Origin: Rickettsiales bacterium
GTDB taxonomy: Bacteria; Pseudomonadota; Alphaproteobacteria; Rickettsiales; SXRF01
NCBI GenBank assembly: GCA_040080715.1
Contig: JBEBHV010000001.1
Coordinates: 1 to 62,508 of the forward strand
Direction of reading: 5' to 3'
Length of the DNA stretch: 62,508 nt
In this document: piece after piece, positions 25,226-32,385 of the stretch
How positions within the stretch are numbered: position 1 is the stretch's first letter
Layout of the letters: every line of letters begins with the position of its first letter
Notes under the pieces: model-generated
What the model was told of the DNA's origin: nothing
Database searches by the model: none
What the model saw: the letters and a program-made list of their open reading frames with translations, nothing else
Translations under genes and position numbers: made by a program

Positions 25226-25687
25226 CTAAAACAGGGTGAGTTGTGGGGTTTTGTAGGCGCGCAGCTCTTCGATCATGCGCTTGGCATCGCTTCGGTTCTT
25301 TTCGCCTGAGCAGCTGTTTCGTTCCTGAGCGATGGTTGCAAACGAGCGGGTAATCTCTTCTGCGATTGCCGCCAGTGCGTCTTCACGGTTCAGGAAGGCT
25401 TGGCGCTCCCATACGGAAGGGGCAGAACCTGCGCCGCCATAGCCATAATCGTAGCTGCTGCTGGCTGCCCACCAGCCTTTGCCTGTCTGGATGATGCGTG
25501 CCTCGGCATTGCATGAGCCGACTTTCGCCAGCGTGATGGTTTCATACCCCATGAACACGCCGTGCCGATTGGCTTTGCCTTGCCAGAGTGCTTCTGCGTC
25601 ATGCACCGCTTCTTCTGCCAGATACCAGCGGTCACCATGCTTGAGCTTGATAGCCTCTAGCAGCTCTGTCAGATCGACGATCTGCAT
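25226..25687 (-). CDS. hypothetical protein (153 aa)
   Basis: RBS AGGAGG; overlaps the upstream gene by 19 nt. Confidence 0.55.
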   Translation of the reverse strand: MQIVDLTELLEAIKLKHGDRWYLAEEAVHDAEALWQGKANRHGVFMGYETITLAKVGSCNAEARIIQTGKGWWAASSSYDYGYGGAGSAPSVWERQAFLNREDALAAIAEEITRSFATIAQERNSCSGEKNRSDAKRMIEELRAYKTPQLTLF

Positions 25688-26169
25688 ACAGCCTCCTGCG
25701 TGCGGGTGCGGGTTGAGCTGAATGCGCCAATCCTGCGCTGAATCTCGGCAATTTCCCGTTCAAGCTCGGTGCGATTGGTGAAGCTCTGATTCAGCTGTTC
25801 ATCGCTATATTGCGTTCCAAAATGCAGCACACAGGCGGCGCGGCAATATCGCTCGATGACTCCCAGATAATAGGCTTTGTCATATTTGCCGAACCAGTCT
25901 TCGGGTGACATGGTATGTCCCTGAAGACCATGCTTCAGGCAGTGCTCCCTTAAAGCATCGTGGAAAAAGTAAAACGGTATGGCGAACTCGCAGTCCTCTT
26001 CATACCAGCCTTCAGGATTCCTAAATGGCGGCGGGATTTGTTCATTGAGCGTGAGGGCGAGCTTAATGCCGCCATGACTGGCGGTGTGGTAAAAATCAAC
26101 ACCCGGCATGTAGCGATTGCCACCTTGTGAGCGTCCCCACGGTGTCCATATTCCTTCGTGCGTCATCAT
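25669..26169 (-). CDS. hypothetical protein (TPWG...HGG motif; DUF7007-like, from memory)
   Basis: 166 aa; IWTPWGRSQGG...FYHTASHGGIKL; RBS GGAGAT. Confidence 0.5.
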   Translation of the reverse strand: MMTHEGIWTPWGRSQGGNRYMPGVDFYHTASHGGIKLALTLNEQIPPPFRNPEGWYEEDCEFAIPFYFFHDALREHCLKHGLQGHTMSPEDWFGKYDKAYYLGVIERYCRAACVLHFGTQYSDEQLNQSFTNRTELEREIAEIQRRIGAFSSTRTRTQEAVCRSSI

Positions 26170-26244
26170 AATGTATCTCCATCTGGGCGTGCGTCATCGC
26201 CCGCTGCTTTCACAGCGGGTCGAAATTCACAGCGCGGTTAAGGG

Positions 26245-26835
26245 TTAAACGGCTTCGGCCAAGAACTCGGCGCGTTCGGCTTCGTAGCGGGCAAGCTGCT
26301 CATCAATCTGCTTAAGCTGCTGGCGGAATTGATAGCTATCCGCTGGCGTGCCGTCATTTTTGGTAACGCCAACAAGAGCGCGTGCTTCGCCCAACATGCG
26401 ATACAGCTCGTATTCAATATCCAGCTCCTGATGACTGGAGCAGAAATCATAATCGCCGATGACAGCCTCTACACGTCCCGTCATGGCAAAGGCGGCATCG
26501 TGGATATTGGCTTCTTCCTCGCCATTGTCATCGATGCGCGGCAGTGTCACCTGAACTTCAACCCCTTCAGGCACTGGATGCTGGCTGATAAAATAGCCAA
26601 GCCGATCTGCGAAGTGATAGCCGCTGGTGATGTAATCACCATCGTCACCGCTGCATAGCGTCCAGATGGTATTTTGCGGCTGGGCAACGACATAATCATG
26701 CTCGTCGCCGTAGGTTTCAAACATCGTGCCGTATCCGTTGCCCCAGTCAAAGGATGCAGATTCTTTCAGATGATTTTTGACTGGCTGGAATAAGGCGACA
26801 AAGGCTTCTTCCTGAAGTTCGATTAAAGTGGTCAT
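26245..26835 (-). CDS. acidic hypothetical protein (196 aa)
   Basis: First gene behind promoter cassette 3 and leader copy 7; RBS GGAGAC. Confidence 0.55.
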   Translation of the reverse strand: MTTLIELQEEAFVALFQPVKNHLKESASFDWGNGYGTMFETYGDEHDYVVAQPQNTIWTLCSGDDGDYITSGYHFADRLGYFISQHPVPEGVEVQVTLPRIDDNGEEEANIHDAAFAMTGRVEAVIGDYDFCSSHQELDIEYELYRMLGEARALVGVTKNDGTPADSYQFRQQLKQIDEQLARYEAERAEFLAEAV

Positions 26836-26859
26836 AACAAGTCTCCGTTTGGTTTGGTT

Positions 26860-26870
26860 GGTTGTGGTAG
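26860..26870 (-). promoter_or_regulatory. CTACCACAACC leader motif, copy 7
   Basis: CTACCACAACCAACCAAACCAAACGGAGACTTGTTATG. Confidence 0.7.
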
Positions 26871-26876
26871 TAGTTT

Positions 26877-26918
26877 GAAAATCCTAGCTTTTTTGACTTT
26901 ACAGTCAACAAGAAAACG
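26877..26918 (-). promoter_or_regulatory. repeated promoter cassette, copy 3 (TTGACT-N16-TAGGAT; contains the palindrome TTGACT-N4-AGTCAA)
   Basis: Sense strand: CGTTTTCTTGTTGACTGTAAAGTCAAAAAAGCTAGGATTTTC. Confidence 0.6.
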
Positions 26919-26935
26919 CCATATAAAACAAGTAT

Positions 26936-27340
26936 TTATGCAGCGTTCGGGGCGTATTTCTCCCATTTCCAGATCGCGTTGCTGCATGTGACTTCCACGC
27001 CGATGGATTCCAGATGGCGGCAGCGTTCGGCAAGCTCTATGGCGGATCGTTTGCCGCGCTCGGTGAAGGCAAAATCATTATCGTAATGCTCGACCTCGCG
27101 GCCTTTCCAGAACACGTAACCCACATGGTCAATCGTCAGGTGTTCGATGCCATGAAACCACGGCTTCTCATAACCGGCGCGGCAACGGGCAAGCAGTGCC
27201 ATGATGGCCGCTTCGATCTTCTCGCTCGGCTTGGCATTGACAGCGATTTCAACCAGCCGCAAATGCTCAGGCGATAGGTCGTCACCGTCATGGGTACGCC
27301 TCAGTATTTCAATGCAATTCTCGTGGATGGATGCAGACAT
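26936..27340 (-). CDS. hypothetical protein (134 aa)
   Basis: RBS AAGGAG 7 nt before the ATG. Confidence 0.55.
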   Translation of the reverse strand: MSASIHENCIEILRRTHDGDDLSPEHLRLVEIAVNAKPSEKIEAAIMALLARCRAGYEKPWFHGIEHLTIDHVGYVFWKGREVEHYDNDFAFTERGKRSAIELAERCRHLESIGVEVTCSNAIWKWEKYAPNAA

Positions 27341-27406
27341 TTTAAGCTCCTTTCATGCGCTCATGGTTGCAGACTTGATAAAACTATTGATAATCGGGGG
27401 CGCATC

Positions 27407-27485
27407 TGGGGTGGTACCCTGATGCCGCCTCTGACCGTCTCCGACGTTTGGAGGTTGTGGTAGTACGCTTTGGGGTGGTACCCTG
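27407..27485. repeat. 15-bp perfect direct repeat TGGGGTGGTACCCTG (27407-27421 and 27471-27485) flanking leader copy 8
   Basis: Read directly; 64-bp period; each copy contains GGTACC. Confidence 0.75.
27453..27463 (-). promoter_or_regulatory. CTACCACAACC leader motif, copy 8 (atypical, about 120 nt from the next start codon)
   Basis: CTACCACAACCTCCAAACGTCGGAGAC. Confidence 0.6.
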
Positions 27486-27494
27486 GCGTAGGGT

Positions 27495-27516
27495 GACGGA
27501 GGGGCAACCCTCCGTC
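27495..27516. other. perfect 9-bp GC-rich hairpin GACGGAGGG-GCAA-CCCTCCGTC without a U tract
   Basis: Read directly, 34 nt downstream of the stop of the HsdM-like gene. Confidence 0.6.
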
Positions 27517-27549
27517 ATTTACTTGCTGCAATGCCTTCATCACTTCCTC

Positions 27550-28347
27550 CTAAAACTGAAATGCGAATTGCTGGGTACTTCTGGCCTGTACCGCTTGTGG
27601 CACTGGAACTTCCGCCTGTGACTTCAGCGGCACAATGACGTTTGGCAGAATCTCGGCAGGAACGTGGTGCTTGGTCATCAGCTTCCATTGCGGCGTAGCG
27701 CGGCACTCCCATACTTCGGCTCTTAGCGTATCTCCGTGGATGACGTTTCCCGCAAGCCCAAGCATGGAAAGCTGGATATACGCCATGTTGAAGCACACGC
27801 GGTTAATATCGATTGCCTGAAACAGCATCGTGTATCGCGGATCATGCCCGTGCCGGCGGATGACATTGGCGGCTTCGATGACCATGACACCCGCGCCACA
27901 TGTCGGCTCTTGCAAGGTGATATAGCCTTTCGACTGGATAGTATCCCCACAGCCCTGCATGCTTAATTCCGCCATCATCCGCGCCATGTGCGTGGGTGTG
28001 AAGTATTCGCCGTTGTGTTTATTGTGGATTTCCAAATCCATATATTGCTGACCCAGAAAGTCCTCACCTGTTGACCCCAGTGCCATGTGCGTAAACGCAT
28101 AGAGCTTACTCACCAGATCCAGTTCTTCCTTATCGAAGCGTTTGATGGTGGACATGTAGAGCTCTTCTATACGCTCATAATCATCGTCACGCTCAAGCAG
28201 CCCGCGATGGTACGGCTCCTGATGCACAACACAGGCGGTGATGTCGATGAAGTCACGAAACGCGTCGTGCCAATTCCTGCGGTATGTGAAGCGATCAAAC
28301 AGTTTTCTAAATTCTTTGCCTAAGTCGATTGGTTCTTTCTGTCTCAT
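27550..28347 (-). CDS. HsdM/N6_Mtase-like protein that ends before catalytic motif IV (NPPF/Y)
   Basis: Start set at MRQKEP (ATG 28345-28347) behind leader copy 9. Motif X GEYFTP, motif I LQEPTCGAGVM and the GDTL segment are present; the protein stops about 45 aa later with no (N/D)PP(F/Y). Confidence 0.6.
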   Translation of the reverse strand: MRQKEPIDLGKEFRKLFDRFTYRRNWHDAFRDFIDITACVVHQEPYHRGLLERDDDYERIEELYMSTIKRFDKEELDLVSKLYAFTHMALGSTGEDFLGQQYMDLEIHNKHNGEYFTPTHMARMMAELSMQGCGDTIQSKGYITLQEPTCGAGVMVIEAANVIRRHGHDPRYTMLFQAIDINRVCFNMAYIQLSMLGLAGNVIHGDTLRAEVWECRATPQWKLMTKHHVPAEILPNVIVPLKSQAEVPVPQAVQARSTQQFAFQF

Positions 28348-28363
28348 CGTCTGGTTCGGTAGT

Positions 28364-28374
28364 GGGTGTGGTAG
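28364..28374 (-). promoter_or_regulatory. leader motif variant CTACCACACCC, copy 9
   Basis: CTACCACACCCACTACCGAACCAGACGATG. Confidence 0.55.
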
Positions 28375-28376
28375 GT

Positions 28377-28420
28377 GAGATAATCCAAGCACATAGCCCA
28401 TGTGCCGTACACAAGAAACG
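28377..28420 (-). promoter_or_regulatory. repeated promoter cassette, copy 4 (contains the palindrome GCACAT-N5-ATGTGC)
   Basis: Sense strand: CGTTTCTTGTGTACGGCACATGGGCTATGTGCTTGGATTATCTC. Confidence 0.55.
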
Positions 28421-28464
28421 ACCGCCGAAACAAAGAAATATCATGCAAAAACAAGGCTCTATCA

Positions 28465-29817
28465 ATGTTCTATGGCGCAGTCCCAACCGCCTGCATCGAG
28501 CAGGTTTTTAGAATACTCGACTTTAAGAAATGGGAGCGTGCCTATGTATGCTGCTCAGGTAGTTTTCGGATTGAGCGTGCGCTGAAATCGAAGTTTCCGC
28601 ATCTGCCTGTCTTCAGCAATGATGTCAGCCTGTATTCATCCGCCGTGGGTTATCTTGCCAGCAACCGTGAATTCAACATCCGTTTTGAAGGCGCACTTTC
28701 CTTCATTCAGGAACGGCCAGACGTAAACAGCTTCTTCGAGAAAACTGCCGCCGTCCTGGTAGCTTGTGACATGGCGCGCTACGGTGCGCGCAAGAATGAA
28801 TATGCCATTAAGCATTTCGATTACTACGTCGAAAACTTTGACCACTTCTTCGATAAGGCGAAAGACAAGCTCGATCAGCTTCTACCCGACATGCAGCTGC
28901 ACGGCTACTTCGCAGGGGATTGGCGAAAGCACGTAAAACAAGCCATTGCTGAAGACGCTGGCATTTTAGCGTTTCCGCCATTTTTCAAAGGCGACTATGA
29001 AAGCCAGTTCAAGTTCATTGAGGAAAACATCCACTGGCCTGCACCGGATTATGACCTGTATGACCCAAAAATGCTGGGCGACATCATCGACGAGGTGGAT
29101 GCCTCGGGCGTTCCATACTGCATTCTTTCAGACCAGCTATTTCCTCACCGCAAGCCGGTGCTGGAATATGTGACTGGGCGGAAAGTGCCGCATTATTGCT
29201 ACGCCAGAACGGAGAAGTCATCGGTGCGGCATCTCTACAAGGAGCCTGAGCCTTTCGCCTATGATCCGATAGAACCGCTGAAACTTAACCCTGATAGTCG
29301 AGTGCAGATTGTCCAAGCAGAAAGCCGCCACATGGATTTCATCAAAGATATCTACCTTCAGAAAACCATTATCCATTCAACGGGAGTTGCCAATTTCCTT
29401 GTCTTTATCGACAAAATGCTGGTCGGCGGAATCATCTACAGCCTGCCGAAATATCCGACGTTTGGACACAGCACCATTTACTTGCTTTCGGATGTAACGA
29501 TCTGCCGCGAGGCGAAGCTATCCAAGTTTATCGCCTATCTCGCCACATCCAAAACCTTACTCGATATCGTCAGCAAGAAAATCATTAGCCGTATTGATTA
29601 TGTGGTGACAACAGCGCGCACTCATAACGCGGTATCAATGAAATATCGCGGCATCTACGAAATGCTGAACCGCCGTGAAGCCGACGATCCTGCCGAGGGG
29701 AACATCATCAACTACGGCTCCGCCATGCGTAACGAAACCCCGCAGGATATTTATTCAAACTGGTGGTGGCCTAAATTCGGGAAGTCCTATGTCGAAAAAC
29801 TATCCAGCAAGCGTTGA
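28465..29817 (+). CDS. Dam-like (D12-class layout) Rossmann protein with non-canonical FPPF motif IV and an uncharacterised C-terminal domain
   Basis: Start moved to MFYGAVP because the ATG at 28402 lies inside the divergent promoter. VCCSGSFRIE (motif I-like), FSNDVS, LAFPPFFKGDYE at about residue 190; the C-terminal 150 aa look GNAT-like by eye. Confidence 0.5.
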   Translation: MFYGAVPTACIEQVFRILDFKKWERAYVCCSGSFRIERALKSKFPHLPVFSNDVSLYSSAVGYLASNREFNIRFEGALSFIQERPDVNSFFEKTAAVLVACDMARYGARKNEYAIKHFDYYVENFDHFFDKAKDKLDQLLPDMQLHGYFAGDWRKHVKQAIAEDAGILAFPPFFKGDYESQFKFIEENIHWPAPDYDLYDPKMLGDIIDEVDASGVPYCILSDQLFPHRKPVLEYVTGRKVPHYCYARTEKSSVRHLYKEPEPFAYDPIEPLKLNPDSRVQIVQAESRHMDFIKDIYLQKTIIHSTGVANFLVFIDKMLVGGIIYSLPKYPTFGHSTIYLLSDVTICREAKLSKFIAYLATSKTLLDIVSKKIISRIDYVVTTARTHNAVSMKYRGIYEMLNRREADDPAEGNIINYGSAMRNETPQDIYSNWWWPKFGKSYVEKLSSKR

Positions 29818-30616
29818 ACTTTCAACGGATCCCGATCAATACAGCTATCTTCAACCTGAGCAAATCTGCTTCTTTGAGCCGGATGACGGAGAGGAAAAGC
29901 CGCTTCGGGTCAATTTCTCTACTTTGCCAATCGAGGCGCTTTATACGCTCTCGGCTGAAGAGAATGCGCGTTACATGACCGCCGATCAGATGCGCCGTCT
30001 TTCTGGAAACATCAAAAAAGACGGAGCATCCACCAGTGCGGTGCTGATCTATCCTGATATTGGAATCAATAAACTCGTGGTTCTTTCTGGCAATCACCGT
30101 GTGGAAGCCGCCAAGCTCGCAGGGCAAAGCGTGGTGCCGGTGATGGTTATTCAAAATTACCTAACCCCTGAGCGCAGGGTATCCATCCAGCTTTCACATA
30201 ATGCCATCACTGGGCAGGATGACCCTAATATCCTCGGGCGGCTCTATGAATCGCTATCTCTACAATACAAAGCCTATTCTGGCCTGACCGATGATTCCTT
30301 CAACGTACTCGAAAAACTAGACATCGATAGCTTGTCCCTTGGCACGCCGAAATATGAAGAAATCACATTGCTGTTTCTGCCTTCGGAAAAAGAGGTTTTC
30401 CAGAAAGCGGTCGAAATTATCGACAAATCCAAAGCAACAAAGACGATCCATCTTGCGCATTATGAAGAGTTCGGGCGGCTTTTTGATGCGCTGGTGCTCG
30501 TGAAAGAGCGCAACAATGTCTTCAATAGCGCGGTGGCACTTCGTGATCTGGTTGATTTAGCGATGGAGCGGCTGGAGCAACTGAAGGCGGAACCAACGCA
30601 TGCCGAGGAAACCTAG
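29789..30616 (+). CDS. ParB-like nuclease domain (ParB/Srx fold) protein
   Basis: Start at MSKNYPAS. VVLSGNHRVEAAKLAG matches the DGxHR-type ParBc motif. Typical position just upstream of the terminase genes. Confidence 0.65.
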   Translation: MSKNYPASVELSTDPDQYSYLQPEQICFFEPDDGEEKPLRVNFSTLPIEALYTLSAEENARYMTADQMRRLSGNIKKDGASTSAVLIYPDIGINKLVVLSGNHRVEAAKLAGQSVVPVMVIQNYLTPERRVSIQLSHNAITGQDDPNILGRLYESLSLQYKAYSGLTDDSFNVLEKLDIDSLSLGTPKYEEITLLFLPSEKEVFQKAVEIIDKSKATKTIHLAHYEEFGRLFDALVLVKERNNVFNSAVALRDLVDLAMERLEQLKAEPTHAEET

Positions 30617-31046
30617 ATTTACTGTTGAACAGATCGAACATGCACTGAGAGAATCCGCAGGTCTGCAATATGTCGCCGCCAATTTACTCCGCTGCGCGCC
30701 AAGCACGGTCACCAGCTATGTCCAGTCCAGCAAGCGGCTGCAACGCGTTATCGAAGAGTGTCAACAGGGTGTGCTCGATCTGGCCGAGGGCAAGATTGTC
30801 GAAAAAATACGCGACGGTGATTTAACGGCCATTATTTTTTACCTGAAAACTAAAGGCAAAAACCGTGGATACACCGAGCGGCATGAACACTCGGGGCCAG
30901 AAGGCAAGGATTTACCGCATGTCATCGTTGCACCTCAACTCAGCGAGAATCCCGACGCATGGCAAAGCAGGTTCAAACCAAAGGCGGTGGCCGACAATAT
31001 ATTGCCGTTTGGCAGCCCCAACCCGGACCCCAAGAAGCCCTCTTAA
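30600..31046 (+). CDS. terS: terminase small subunit
   Basis: 148 aa; N-terminal HTH-like FTVEQIEHALRESAGLQYVAANLLRCAPSTVTSYV and AIIFYLKTKGKNRGY; located immediately before terL. Confidence 0.65.
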   Translation: MPRKPRFTVEQIEHALRESAGLQYVAANLLRCAPSTVTSYVQSSKRLQRVIEECQQGVLDLAEGKIVEKIRDGDLTAIIFYLKTKGKNRGYTERHEHSGPEGKDLPHVIVAPQLSENPDAWQSRFKPKAVADNILPFGSPNPDPKKPS

Positions 31047-32383
31047 GCTGTCCGATTTTTGAAGTCTTTTATGGCGGCGCTCGCGGCGGTGGCAAAACAG
31101 ACGGCATGCTGGGTGATTTTGCTTACCACGCCCATCTCTACGGTGAATTTGCACGCGGCGTATTCTTCCGCCGTACCTACAAGCAACTGGAAGAAGTGCT
31201 GTTCCGTTCGTTCCAACTTTACCCGAAGCTGGGAGCAACATGGCACAAAGGTAACCAACTCTGGACGTTTCTCAATGGCGCAACCCTGAAACTGCGTCAT
31301 CTCTGGGATGAGAATGACGCGGAAAACTACCAAGGACATAGCTACACGTGGGTGTGTATCGAGGAAGTCACCAACTGGCCGTCACCTGCACCGATTGACC
31401 GTATCAGAGCGACATTGCGTTCTGCGCATGGCGTGCCTGTGCGGTTGCGGATGACTGGCAACCCTGGGGGTGCTGGTCATAACTGGGTAAAACAGCGTTT
31501 TGTCACGCCAGCACCTGGGGGATTCACGCCCATCATTGACCCTGTAAGCCACGAAGTGCGGGTATTTATTCCTGCGCGGCTTGAAGACAACCCTGCGCTG
31601 ACACTGAAAGACCCCAACTATGAGCGCCGTCTGCTCCAAGCAGGATCATCGGCACTTATCAAAGCATGGCGCTTTGGCATTTGGGATATTGTCGCGGGCG
31701 GGTTCTTCGATGATGTCTGGAGTCCAACCCATCATGTGCTGACCCCCTTCGAGATTCCTTCAGGCTGGCGCTTGCGTCGTTCCTTTGACTGGGGTTCGGC
31801 CAAACCGTCATCCTTAGGCTTCTGGGCAGAAAGCGACGGCGTGCCGATCGAGGCACTTGGTAAACACTTCCCACGCGGCTCCATGATCCGCATCGGAGAA
31901 TGGTACACCGTTGATAAGGATGTGCAGGGCTACACCAAGGCGAATGTCGGCTTACATCTGAACAACAAGCAGCTCGGAGCTGGCATTGCTAACCGCAGCC
32001 AGAACCGCATCTGGCGAGGCTGTGTTGCCGATCCATCCATCTTTATCAAAGCAGGTGGGCCAAGCATTTACGACCAGCTACGCGAGGGTGCACGCGAGGT
32101 GGGCGGTCAGATTGTCTTCTCTAAAGCCGATAACAACCGTGTCGCGGGGTGGCAGAAAATGCGCTCCATGCTGCAAGCCGCAATATCAGACAAGCCAGAA
32201 AGCCCTGGCTTGTGGATTTTTGAGAATTGTACCGACTGGATACGCACCGTGCCCGTGCTTCAGCGTGACCAGAAAAATCCTGACGATGTGGACACGGATT
32301 CGGAAGACCACGCCGCCGATGAAAGCCGCTATGCCCTGATGGGTGGCGGGGACAAACAACAAAGTCAAGAGTTTCTGCTGTAG
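30959..32383 (+). CDS. terL: terminase large subunit
   Basis: 474 aa; Walker A GGARGGGKT, Walker B VCIEE, C-terminal nuclease motif DSEDHAADESRYALM. The only in-frame start gives an 88-nt overlap with terS. Confidence 0.9.
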   Translation: MAKQVQTKGGGRQYIAVWQPQPGPQEALLSCPIFEVFYGGARGGGKTDGMLGDFAYHAHLYGEFARGVFFRRTYKQLEEVLFRSFQLYPKLGATWHKGNQLWTFLNGATLKLRHLWDENDAENYQGHSYTWVCIEEVTNWPSPAPIDRIRATLRSAHGVPVRLRMTGNPGGAGHNWVKQRFVTPAPGGFTPIIDPVSHEVRVFIPARLEDNPALTLKDPNYERRLLQAGSSALIKAWRFGIWDIVAGGFFDDVWSPTHHVLTPFEIPSGWRLRRSFDWGSAKPSSLGFWAESDGVPIEALGKHFPRGSMIRIGEWYTVDKDVQGYTKANVGLHLNNKQLGAGIANRSQNRIWRGCVADPSIFIKAGGPSIYDQLREGAREVGGQIVFSKADNNRVAGWQKMRSMLQAAISDKPESPGLWIFENCTDWIRTVPVLQRDQKNPDDVDTDSEDHAADESRYALMGGGDKQQSQEFLL

Positions 32384-32385
32384 TT

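Noticed and set aside
27361-27543. 60-aa ORF as a confident protein-coding gene
   Set aside because: Despite a good RBS, most of it is encoded by the 15-bp direct repeats, the leader motif and the GC hairpin. It is left as an open question within the structured-spacer finding.
10845-28374. The recurring GGTTGTGGTAG-containing units as a CRISPR-like array
   Set aside because: Spacing is irregular (0.6-5 kb). Each copy sits in a gene leader in sense orientation. One copy is on the other strand. No cas genes are present.
28402-28464. ATG at 28402 as the start of the Dam-like gene
   Set aside because: It lies inside the -35 box of the divergent promoter cassette (CCGTACACAAG) and has no RBS. 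The ATG at 28465 has AAGG upstream.
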